Shown here: positions 1 to 11,563 of the stretch, one piece after another
Position numbering within the stretch: position 1 is the stretch's first letter
How the letters are laid out: the number at the start of each line of letters is the position of its first letter
NCBI GenBank assembly: GCA_043228905.1
Contig: JBHGNT010000058.1
Location: 62,001-126,000 of the forward strand
Source: Azolla caroliniana
Taxonomy: Eukaryota > Plantae > Polypodiophyta
DNA length: 64,000 bases
Reading direction: 5' to 3'
Translations under genes and position numbers: made by a program
Notes under the pieces: generated by a model
The model's input: only the letters and a program-made list of their open reading frames with translations
The model's database searches: none
Told to the model about the DNA's origin: nothing

Positions 1-648
1 CAAGACCTAAACTAGGTGTTACAATAAAGTACAATTAACAAAATAACGTTTGAAGGATTGATGATGAACTTTACTTTGATTTTTTTCTCCTAACATCAAT
101 TTGTAAACTTAATCCCATTATTCGATTAATTCTAGAGATTTCAAATGAAATTGGACCAAACATTACGTTGTTCGGGACAACAAGAAGCAGTATATTTAGT
201 TGTGGTTATTACTCAACATTGTTACGATAAATTAGTACACCAATAATTATAGGTTGGATAACTTGATACAATTTCGAACAATACATATCCATTGCAAAAT
301 AATGGTCAACTGTCGAATAATGGTGAATTCTCGATGAGGATTGCACCATGTTTCTTTATTTGAAGTAAAGCACTAGAATATTATATTAGCTAATTCATTG
401 TAGTCTAGTTGGTTCAGATCCATGATGTTTACACGAGACTCCCGGGTACAGCAATTGGCATGGGAAAAACTAGATACATCATAGATCATGAGTTAATATC
501 GCATCGATGGAAACCGTTGAAATTATTAAATATTAAAAACGAGAGTGTCTTAGAGTAATCCTGTGTTTCTCATTGATACTTACGGATTATATAAATATTA
601 TTTATTACTAATCAATTATTGCAATCTTGAAAAGTACACAAGGTATGA

Positions 649-721
649 TCCATTGTAGTCTAGTTGGTTAGGATACTAGGCTCTCACATGAGATAGCCGG
701 GTTCAACTCCCAACAATGGAA
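649..721 (+). pseudogene. tRNA-Glu(CTC) pseudogene (representative degenerate copy)
   Basis: 73-nt match to the consensus with broken anticodon and T stems. Confidence 0.85.
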
Positions 722-1209
722 ACGACAATATCATATATTAAATTTCCGACGCATATGATGTTTTAATTGTTTGATAACTCAAAAACTCAAGATTATGTTT
801 GAAGGATTGATGACGATCTTTCCTCCATCAACATTCCAAAAATACGCATAGATTGTCGAATAATGGTGAATTCTCGATTAGAATTGCACCATGTTTCTTT
901 ATTTGAACGAAAGCACTTGAATATTACAATAACCAATTCTTTTACTAAATGAATTCCATTGTAGTCTAGTTCGTTCAGATCCTTGTTTTTTACACAAGAC
1001 TCCCGGGTACAACAATAGGCATTGGAAAAACTAGATACATCATAGATGATGAGGTATTGTCGCATCGATAAAAACCGTTGAAATTATTAAATCTTAAAAA
1101 CGAGAGTTTGTTAGAATAATCCTCAGTTTCTCGTTGATGCTTGCGCAATATATAAATATTATTTATTACTAATCTATGATTGCAATATTAAAAACTACAC
1201 AAGATATGA

Positions 1210-1287
1210 TCCATTGTAGTCTAGTTGATTAGGATACTCGGCTCTCACCCGAGAGACCTGGGCCGGGTTCAACTCCCGGCAATGGAA
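1210..1287 (+). pseudogene. tRNA-Glu(CTC) pseudogene with 5-bp insertion at the variable loop/T stem
   Basis: Consensus plus an extra CTGGG; the D-loop GG is changed to GA. Confidence 0.85.
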
Positions 1288-1773
1288 ACGACAATATCAT
1301 ATATTGAATTTCCGATGGATATCATGTGTTAACTATTTGATAACCCAAAAAATGAAGACCTAAACTAGACAATTAACAAAATAATCAATATTATGTTTGA
1401 AGGATTTGATGACGAACATTAGTTTGATTTTTCTCTCCTAACATCAATTTCTAAACTTAATCCCATTATTCGATTCATGGTAGAGGTTTCAAATGAAATT
1501 GGACAAAACATTATGTTGTTCGAGACAACAAGAAGAAGTATATTTGGTTGTGGTTATTCGTCAACATTGGTACGACAAATTAGTACACCAACAATTACAG
1601 TTGGGATAACTCGATACAATTTCACACAATACGCATAGAATACAAAATAATGTTCAACTGTCGACAAGCATTGCACCATGTTTCTTTATTTGTAGCAAAG
1701 CACTAGAATAGTACATTAACTAATTCATTTACTCAATGTATTCCATTGTAATCAAGTTGCTTCGAATCGTTGA

Positions 1774-4265
1774 TTTTTTTTTTTTCCAAAAAAAAAAACT
1801 ACTACCATTAGTTAAGCAATGTACAAAGGATAATTTACAACTCATATCTTATAAGACATCTTGCATGTCGAAGGAAAAGAATATGTGTAGATGAAACAAC
1901 AAAGAAAAAAAACTCCAAAGCACCACATCATTCGATGTGTATAGCATAACTCGAACACATATTCTCCACGTGAGCCTGATACAAGCAGAAGTCAGAATAG
2001 ATGTCCTCCATTCGCTCCTCAAGGCAGCACCCATCTAGATGTTAGGTACACTTGGAGGGAACAACCATCGTGGTGGTTGATAATTCCACTTCACTTTACC
2101 ATCCATTAGATGTAGCATCGACGAACTCCATTTCAGCAAGAAACGAGCTCTCGCTTCTTCACTTGCGTCAGATGGCCCTTGAAGACTTTCAAACTCACCT
2201 CGCAACATAGAAATAAGATTGAACCAGATCATCATTAGATTCTCTGCCGGCGGGGTTCGTTTACCTGTGAAGGTCTCCTTGCACCTAGATACCCACACTT
2301 GCCAGACCGTAAGGCCGACCACTAATACCTATATGTCCACGCAACGTTCCTGTAAGAAGAATAAACCTCCTTGCGTTAGTTGCACAGATCCTTGTATCAC
2401 CTTTAAAGAAGGATTGTTTCCATTCCACCCTTGAAACCACGAGGCCGATTCAATGGCCAACCAAGTGATTGCTGCGCTCGATACATGAACCTCAACCCCG
2501 AACCGAGCCAAGTTTCTTAACCTCCTCAACCAATTTTCTTGCGCTCGAGGGCAGCACTACAAACAATGAGCGATGTCCTCCAAGCTTGCACTACAGGCCT
2601 TCCAACCACTCATGCCACCTCTATTCCCAAGCCACTCTCCCGTTGGAACAACCCGATGGGTGATTAACCAAAAAAACACTTTGATCCGCTCGGGAAGGGA
2701 TGAGTTCCATATCCTGCTCCTAGTTCTATCCACGAAGGCTAACTTGATAGCTGCATAGGACCACTTGTTGGCACACTTCTCACGATACGAACCTAACTTT
2801 CTCCCCAACCGCGTCGAGTATTCGAAGAAACCTAATGATTTATCTTGTTCTCCCTTCCACGTATATTCAACGGGATCCCATTCTACGAGCTCGAGAGGCT
2901 TGGCTTCAACCACGTACAAGATCCAATCCTCCTCAACCTCTTCGACTGGTGGATTCACCTTCCATTTCTTTCCGACTCTTGCCACAATTCTAATCGGGTA
3001 CCAGCCTGCACTTTCATCTAATAATCCAATCTGGACGGTCTTCCCATTCTTTCCTAGACCCCTGACATTGATAATTTTTCCGGTATCATCACATTGTCCG
3101 GACCATTCACCCTCTTCCTCATTACCAATAGGAAGCGAGGAGAGAGCTGTATTGACTACGTCAAGCATCTTTCTGCCATTTCGGACCTTTCCCAAGTCTT
3201 CATATAGTTGATCACGATTATTGTCGGACAGCCGCATCCAATAAGCCACCAACTGTATCCCTAGACAATACAATGTAGCCCACGGTATGTGCTTGCTTTG
3301 TCCAAGCATCGTTCCTTCTGGCGATTGTACGATCTCGTTCCACAGTAGGGGTTGGCGCATCCATTTAACACTCGTACTTGGACGATTCTGACTTAGATGC
3401 CCACGGAGCATACTCCACGCCTGCATCCTTGACATACAAGTACGATCAGCCAACCGGTTAGATTTCCTCAACTTTAAGGCCATACAAAAAGGCCACACTT
3501 TGTGTGACTTCCAATGCCCACCCAGTCTTGGACTCCCGACAATGCTCCTATTATGTATCAATGTTTTCCATAACTCATTACCAGGTAGCAAGCTCCTTAC
3601 CAATACCTTACATAACAATGCTTGACTCTGCAATCAAGGGTCAACCAATCCTAAACCCCCCTTACTCTTGGGAAGAACCAACGTAGACCATGATACTTTG
3701 GCTGCCGCGTTGTCTTTCCTCATCCCAGCCCAAAGGAATCCCCTAATACACGCTTTAACATTACGAATAGCTTTCTTGTCAAACATCCACACTGAAACTG
3801 CATGCCATAATGTAGACAAGAACACATGGTTAGCTACTATGATCCTGCCAGCCAATGATAAGTTCATCCCTGACCAGTTGCAAATTTTGTCACAGATTTT
3901 GCTTTGAATTTGTTGCAACTGAATTCCTTTGTCGATATCTACCCCAATCCACGTTCCCAGATACCGAGTGGCTTCCCCGTTTGCAATCCATTTGAATTCA
4001 GCATTTGGCTTCCAAACAGGCTCGGACTCCAAGATGATCGAAAAACCCTTGGACTTCTTCCAATTGATGGACGCTACCAATACCTTGCAAAAGAGCTCAA
4101 TAACACTCTGTGCGCTCTCAAGATTCGCTTCATTTTCTTGGAGGTATAGCATCGTATCGTCCGGGAACTCCGACTCCAGCAGGGACTTCCTTGAATTAGG
4201 GATCGAAAAACCATGAAGATTTGCCCCTTGACTGTTAAAAAGGGCAGACATTGCTTCAGTAATAA
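1774..4265 (-). mobile_element. 5'-truncated non-LTR retrotransposon (L1/Tx1-like LINE)
   Basis: Poly(A) tail seen as T12 at 1774-1785 on +, and a ~250-bp 3' UTR. The ORF2 remnant has RT C-terminal motifs (EFPDDT for F/YADD, INWKKS, RYLG, LSLAGR, KVSWSTLVLPKSKGGLGL). The satellite is split precisely: ...aatcgttgattttt | actcgaaatgtgcggg... Confidence 0.93.
2035..4265 (-). pseudogene. LINE ORF2 C-terminal half (RT 3' part and zf-RVT-like domain), disrupted
   Basis: ORF pieces 3634..4314, 2557..3633, 2329..2529 and 2035..2322. IKVFFWLITHRVVPTGEWL...KAC...EDIAHCL resembles zf-RVT. There are in-frame stops near 3634 and 2557. Confidence 0.88.
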
Positions 4266-5773
4266 ACTCGAAATGTGCGGGTACAAGTACAGGCATAGGA
4301 AAAACTAGATACATTATATGTCATGAGTTAATGTGGCATCGATAAAAACCCGTGAAATTATTAAATCTTAAAAATGTGAGTGTGTTAGAATAATCCTCTA
4401 TTTCTTGTTGATGCTTGCGCAATATATAAATATAATTTATTACTAATCAATTATTGCAATATTAAAGCGTGTACAAGATGTGATCTATTGAAGTCTATTT
4501 GGTTAGAATACTCGGTTCCTTGCTTTTTACCTGAGACGCCCGGGTACAACTAGATATATCAGATATCATGAGTTATTCAATCTTAAACGAGGTTTTTGAT
4601 GAAATTTTACAAAACATTATGTTGTTCGTGACAAAAAGAAGCAGTATATTTACTTGGGGCTATTCCTCAACATCGTTACGACAATTTAGTACACCAATAA
4701 TTATAGTTTCGATAAGTTGATACAATTTCGAAAAATACGCATACATTGTCAAATAATGGTGTACTCTCGATGAGCAATGCACCATGTTTCTTTATTTGAA
4801 GCAAAGAACTAGAATATTACATTAACAAATTCATTTACTAAATGAATTCCATTGTAGTCTAGTTGGTTCACATCCTTGTTTTTTACACGAGACTCCCGGG
4901 TAGAACAATTGGCATTGGAAAAACTAGATACATCATAGATCATGAGTTAATATCGCATCGAAAAAAACACTTGAAATTATTAAATCTTAAAAACGAGAGT
5001 GTGTTAGAATAATCATCAGTTTCTAGTTGATGTTTGCGCACTATATAAATATTATTTATTACTAATCAATCATTGCAATATTAGAAAGTACACAAGATAT
5101 GATCCATTGTAGTCTAGTCGGTCGACACAGATCTTATGTTAACTGTTTGATAACTCAAAAACTGAAGGCCTAAAGTAGATGTTATAATAATGTACAATTA
5201 ACAAAATAATCAATATTATGTTTGAAGGATTGATGACGAGCTTTACTTTAATTTTTTTCTCCTAACATCAATTTCTAAACTTCATCCCATTATTCAATTA
5301 ATAGTAGAGGTTTCAAATGAAATTTGACAAAACATTATGTTGTTCGTGACAAGAAGAAGCAGTATATTTAGTCGTGGTTATTTTTCAACATGGTTACGAC
5401 AAATTAGTACACAGACAATTATTGTTTGGATAACTGGATAGAATTTCCAAAAATATGCATAGATTGTAGAAGAATGATGAACTCTCGATCAACATTGGAC
5501 CATATTTTTTTATTTGAAACAAAGCACTAGAATATTACATTAACTAATTCATTGACTTATGAATTCCATTGTAGTCTGGTTGGCATTGGCAAAACTAAAC
5601 ACATCCTAGATCATGAGGTAATGTCGCATCGATAAAAACCCTTGAAATTATTAAATCTTAAAAACGAGACTGTGTTAGAATAATCCTTAGTTTTTCGTTG
5701 ATGCTTGCGCAAAATATAAATATTATTTATTTCTAATTAATGATTGCAATATTAAAAAGCACACAATATGTGA

Positions 5774-5846
5774 TCCATTGTAGTCTAGTTGGTTAGGATA
5801 CTCCGGTCTCACCCGAGAGACCCGGATTCAACTCCCGGCAATGGAA
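5774..5846 (+). pseudogene. tRNA-Glu(CTC) pseudogene
   Basis: Acceptor stem intact; B box G53>A and an anticodon-stem mismatch. Confidence 0.85.
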
Positions 5847-8692
5847 ACGACAATGTCATATATTAAATTTCCGACGCATATCATCTGTTAACTGTTTGAT
5901 AACTGAAAAAATCAAGACCTAAATTTCCGACTCCCGGATACAACAAAAGGCATTGGAAAAACAAGATACATCATAGATCATTAGGTAATGTTGCATCGAT
6001 AAAAACCCTTGAAATTATTTAATCTTAAAAACGAGAGTGTGTTAGAATAATCCTCAGTTGCTCGTTGATACTTGCGCCATATATAAATATTATTTATTAC
6101 TAATGTAAATAATGTACAATTAACAAAATAATCATTATTATGTTTGAAGGATTGATGATGAACTTTGCTTTCATTTTTTTCTCCTAACATCAATTTCTCC
6201 TAAACTTAATCCAATTATTTAATTAATAGTAGAGGTTTTAAATGAAATTTGACAAAAGATTATGTTGTTCGGGACCAGAAGAAGCAGTATATTTACTCGT
6301 GGTTATTTCTCAACATGGTTACGACAAATTAGTACACCGACAATTATAGTTTGGATAACTTGATAGAATTTCCAAAAATACGAATAGTTTGTAGAATAAT
6401 GGTGAACTCTCGAACAACATTGTAGCATATTTCTTTATTTGAAGCAAAGCACTAGAATATTACATTAACTAATTCATTTACTAAATGAATTCCATTGTAG
6501 TCTAGTTGGTTCGGATCCTTGTTTTTCACACGAGACTCCCGGGTATAACAATTAGCGGTAGATTTGTTTGTGGTTAGTCATCAACATTGTTACGATAAAT
6601 TAGGACACCAACAATTATAGTTTGGATAACTTGATACAATTTCAATCAATACGCATAGATTGCAAAATAATGGTCAACTATCTACAAGCATTGCACCATG
6701 TTTCTTTCTTTGTAGCACAACACTAGAATAGTACATTAAGTAGTTCATTTACTCAATAATGGTCAACCCGTGAAATGATTAAATCTTAAAAACGAGAGTG
6801 TGTTAGTATAATCCTCTGTTTCTCATTAATGGCTGCGCAATATATAAATATTATTTATTTCTAAGCAATGATTGAAAAAGAACACTAACTGTGATCCATT
6901 GTAGTCTAGTTGCTTAGGATACTCGGCTCTCATCGGAGAGACCCGTGTTCAATTCCCAGCAACGGAAACGACAATATCGTATATTAAATTTTCTACGCAT
7001 ATCATGTGTTAACTGTTTGATAACTCAAAAACTCAAGACCTAAAGTCGGTGTTACAATAATGTATAATTAACAAAATAATCAATATTATGTTTGAAGGAC
7101 TGATAAAGAACTTTACTTTGATTTTTTCCTCCTAATATCAATTTCTAAACTTAATCCCATTATTCGATTAATGGTAGAGGTTTCGAATGAAACTAGACCA
7201 AACATTAGGTTGTTCGGGACAACAGGAAGCAGTATATTTAGTTATGGTTATTCCTCAACATTGTTACGATAAATTAGTAGACCAACAATTATAGTTTGGA
7301 TAACTTGATACAATTTCAAGCAATACGCATAGATTGCAAAATAATGGTCAACGCTTGACAAGTTTTGCACCAGGTTTCTTTATTTGTAGCAAAGCACTAA
7401 AATAGTACATTAACTAATTTATTTACTAAATGAATTCCATTGTAATCCAGTTGTCTCAAATTGTAGATTTTTACTCGAAACGTGCGGGGACAAGTACAGG
7501 CATAGGAAAAACTAGATAGATTATATATCATGAGTTAATGTGGCATCGATAAAAACCCGTGAAATTATTAAATCTTAAAAACGAGAGTTTGTTAGAATAA
7601 TCCTCTGTTTCTTGTTGATGCTTGTGCAATATATAAATATTATTTATTACTGATCAATGATTGCAATATTAAAAACTGTACAAGATGTAATCCATTAAAG
7701 TCTAGTTGGTCAGAATACTTGGCTCTCACGCGAGGTACCCGTGTTGAACTCTTGGCAATAGAAAGGATAACTCAAAAACATAAGACGTAAAGTAGTTACA
7801 ATAATGTACAATTACCAAAATAATCATTATTATGTTGGAAGGATTGATAAAGAACTTTGCTTTGAGTTTTTTCTCCGCACATCAATTTCTAAACTTAATA
7901 CGAATATTCTATTAATAGTAGAGGTTTCTAATGAGCTTTGACAAAAGATTATGTGGTTTGGGACAAGGAGAAGAAGTATATTTAGTTGTGGTTATTCCTT
8001 AACATTGTTACGACAAAGTAGTACACCAAGAATTATAGTTTGGATAATTTGATACAATTTCCAAAAATACGCATAGATTGTCGAATAATGGTGAATTCTC
8101 GATGACCATTGCACCATGTTTCTTGATTTGAAGTAAAGTACTAAAATATTAGATTACCTAATTCATTTACTAAAAGAATTCCAGTGTAGTCTAGTTGGTT
8201 CGTATCCTTGTTTTTTACACGAGACTCCCGGGTACAACAATTGGCATTGGAAAAACTAGCTACATCATAGATCATGAGTTAATATCACATCAATAAAAAC
8301 CATTCAAATTATTAAATCCTAAAAACGAGAGTTTGTTAGAATAGTGCTCAGTTTCTCGGTGACGCTTGCGCAACATATAAATATTATTTATTACGAATGA
8401 ATGATTACAATATTAAAAAGTACACAAGATATGATACATTATAGTCTAGTTGGTTAGGATACTCGGCTCTCACCCGAGAGACCCGGTTTCAACTCCCGGC
8501 AATGGAAACGAAAATAATATATATTAAATTTCCGACGCATATGTTTTTTTAACTGTTTGATAACTGAAAAACTCAAGACCTAAAGTAGATGTTATAATAA
8601 TGTACAATTAACGAAATAATCAATATTATGTGTGAAGGATTGAGGACGAACTTTGCTTTGATATTTTTCTCCTAACATCAATTTCTAAACTT

Positions 8693-11563
8693 TGCGTATG
8701 TTTTAGTAGTACATGACAGTAGAATGAAATTGCACAGGTAACATCAAACTGAAGAATAGAATATAACGTTAATCTAAATTGATGAAAGTTTTGTATTATA
8801 TACCTGTGTCAGAAAACTAATCTAAAACCCATTGAAAATTTGAAACAATAAAATTTGAAAAAATAAAAAATCTTGGATTTTTAATTGGAATCCAATGCGA
8901 TGCACTAGATTTCAGTTGAAAATCACAGTTTTTTTTTTTTTGTAATTTTTAAAATTTTTTCCATTAAAAAATAAAAAATGGATTTTCAACTAAAATACTA
9001 TGCACTACATTATATTTTAGTATATATAGCTAGAATCTAATGCAATGCGTTGGATTAGAGTCGAAAATCCATTTTTCTTTTTTCTTTTTCCAATGTTATT
9101 TATTTATTTATTTTCCATATAAAATAATAATAAACGGCTTTTCAACTGAAATCCGATACACTACATCAGATCTTAGTCTATACAGCTAGACATTGATGCA
9201 TTGCATTAGATTTTAGCTGGCAATCGTCTTTTTTTTCAATTGTTTTTTATTTTTTCAAAAAATAAATAAAAATATATTAGAAAAGTGGATTTCCAACTGA
9301 AATCTAATGCACTACATCGAATTTCAATTAAAAATCCAAATTTCTTTTAGGTTTTTCATAAAACAATGGGATAATAAAAAAATATTACATTTTCAACAAA
9401 ATCTGAACCATTGAGTCGGATTTCAATTGCAAATTAATGTTTTATGAAAAAACATAAGAAAAATATTGGACTTGCAATGGAAATTTGATGCACTGCATCG
9501 GATTTCTGTTGAAACTCAATGATTTTGAACGGAAATCCGATGCAGTGCATCGGATTTCCATTGAAAATCCTGTTGAAAATGATCTGTTTTCAACGGGAAT
9601 CCGATGCAGTGCCTCGGATTCCCGTTGAAAACACATCATTTTAAATGGAGAAAATCACAATCTGTTTATTTTTAACACTTTTTTAGAGAAAAATATAAAC
9701 AAATAAGAAAATTTGTAAACAAACAAGAAAACGTGGACTTTCAATGGAAATCCGATGCAGTGCATCGGATTCCCGTTGAAAATCCATTTTTTTCAATTCC
9801 TATATATTTATTTATGATAAAAACAAAAACAATTCAAAACAAATACAAAAAGAAAGTCAAAATATCTGAAAAATTGGAAACAAATAAGACAAAATGGATT
9901 TTCAATAGAAATCCGATGTAGTGCATCGGATTTCTCTAGAAAACCCATTTTTTGCAATTTTTATTTATTTATTTATGGGAAAAAATGAAAAAAAATTTAA
10001 AAAATACAAAACAATATTTTAAAATATGAAAATTTGGTAACAAATAGCAAAAAATTGACTTTCAATACAAATCCGATGCAATGAATCGGATTTCCTTTGA
10101 AAATTCATTTTTTCAATTTCTATATAGTTATTTATGAGAAAATAGACAAACAAAATACCAAAAAAATTCTAAAAACTATGAAAATTTGGAAATTTTCCAT
10201 TGAAAATCAATTTTTTCAATATTTATTTATTTTTTATAGAAAAAATTCAAAAAAAAAGCAAATTTGGGAAAAAATATGTAAAAGTGGACTTTCAACCAAA
10301 ATCCGATGTAGTGCATCGGATTTCCGTTGAAAATCCATTTTTTCAATTTTTATTTATTTTTTTATGGGAAAAATAAAAACAAATTCAAAAAAAATTCAAA
10401 AAATAAGAAAATTTTCAAAAAAATAACAAAAATTGGATTTTCAATTGAATCCGATGCACGGAATTGGATTTCCATTGAAATCTAAAATTTCAATTTTTAT
10501 TTATTTATTTATGAGTAAAATAAAAAATGTTTGTTTATTTATTTATGGGAAAATGTTTTATTTTTTCAATTTGTATTTATTTATGTATTTTCGGGAAATC
10601 CATGCAATGTATCATATTTTAGTCTATGTAGCTAGAATTCAATGCAATGCATTAAAATGCAAGAGTATTTTTTTAATGGAAATTTTTAAAAAAATTCCAA
10701 GACTTACAGGAATCTGATGCATTATATCCAATTCTAGATGTATAGAGTAAAATTCGACATGTTGCGTCAAATCTAGATGGAATGAATCGGATTTCTGTAC
10801 GACATCAAAGGCTTACTATGAGAATCTAAGAAAAATGGAAAACATGTTTAAGACATTTTTTAGATTCTAATGATTTTGGTAGAAAGCTTCTCTCACATAA
10901 TCTAATCTTGTAAATGGAAAGTACATAATGAAATATCATAACGAAAAAGTGAGGAGGAAAGATGCATCAAGCACATCTACTCTTACATTGGATAATGTTT
11001 ATATATTAGTTTATGACTTATCTTTGACCAAAACAAGTTATCTATGACAGACCACAATGAAGATACAAAAAGAGGATCTGGAATGTGGCTTCAGACACAA
11101 CACAAAGACAAACAATAAGCATAACTCATAAACTCGATGAGGTTGGATTGCAATTGGATCAACACAATGCATTAGTTGCCATTGATGATGAGGATGAGAC
11201 CTCATAAACTCGTACTAGTTCATCTAATGGGTATGAAGATGATGACATAAACTTGAAAAATGATTGCCCTAATACGTTAACTATAAATATTGTATTGCAC
11301 ATCAAGATTTGGAATCAGAATTTCTATAAATATTGGGGTTAGTCATTTTGGACATTCATTTGTAAGTTTGGCATGTCCATTATTTAGGCATTGTTTTGAA
11401 CACCTAAAATTCCGTACATGCTAAAAATCAATATATTTTTGGGTCATTTTTAAAATTCCTTTACGCATGCGGCACACCTTTTTGTGAATCACCCTAATTT
11501 GTGTCATTTTTTTATGGACAGTTCTCAAAATGCGACATATTACCTGTTTCAAATGTCCCGGTG
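8693..11563. mobile_element. 2.9-kb non-satellite insert: foldback-like palindromic array plus possible DNA-transposon remnant
   Basis: Satellite homology is lost abruptly at 8692/8693 and returns at 11564. The insert has internal palindromic repeats and no intact ORF. Confidence 0.55.
8875..10800. repeat. Array of ~15 imperfect ~50-bp palindromes (GGATTTTCAAnGGAAATCCGATGCA-G/C-TGCATCGGATTTCCnTTGAAAATCC) with A/T-run linkers
   Basis: Clear copies near 9287, 9468, 9520, 9586, 9735, 9896, 10057, 10286 and 10435, with decayed copies on both sides. Confidence 0.9.

Larger units (their letters stand above)
1..8875 (+). repeat. Segmental duplication / macro-repeat copy 1 (matches 55112-64000)
   Basis: Near-identical sequence at offset ~55,111-55,129. 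It has the same LINE at the same junctions, the same rearranged satellite units and the same start of the 8693 insert. The ORF track is duplicated (e.g. 2557..3633 vs 57684..58760). Confidence 0.97.

Noticed and set aside
793-1065. Recurrent small minus-strand ORFs (MRQYLIIYDVSSF..., also 40277, 41886, 51544, 55922 and others)
   Set aside because: These are chance open frames in the antisense of the satellite unit. They recur only because the DNA is repeated and are broken in most units.
649-1287. tRNA copies as dispersed SINEs
   Set aside because: There are no poly(A) tails or TSDs, the upstream flank is shared, and all copies are tandem and co-oriented, which indicates DNA-level amplification.
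4266-4314. Start codon/N-terminus (MYLVFPMPVLVPAHFE) of LINE ORF 3634..4314
   Set aside because: It is encoded by flanking satellite beyond the 5' truncation point, and the frame is changed by a 1-bp deletion in the duplicate copy.
8875-10800. CRISPR-like array (palindromic repeats with spacers)
   Set aside because: Spacers are 0-200 bp of low-complexity A/T runs, repeats are ~50 bp and diverge, orientation flips mid-array, there are no cas genes, and the context is eukaryotic.
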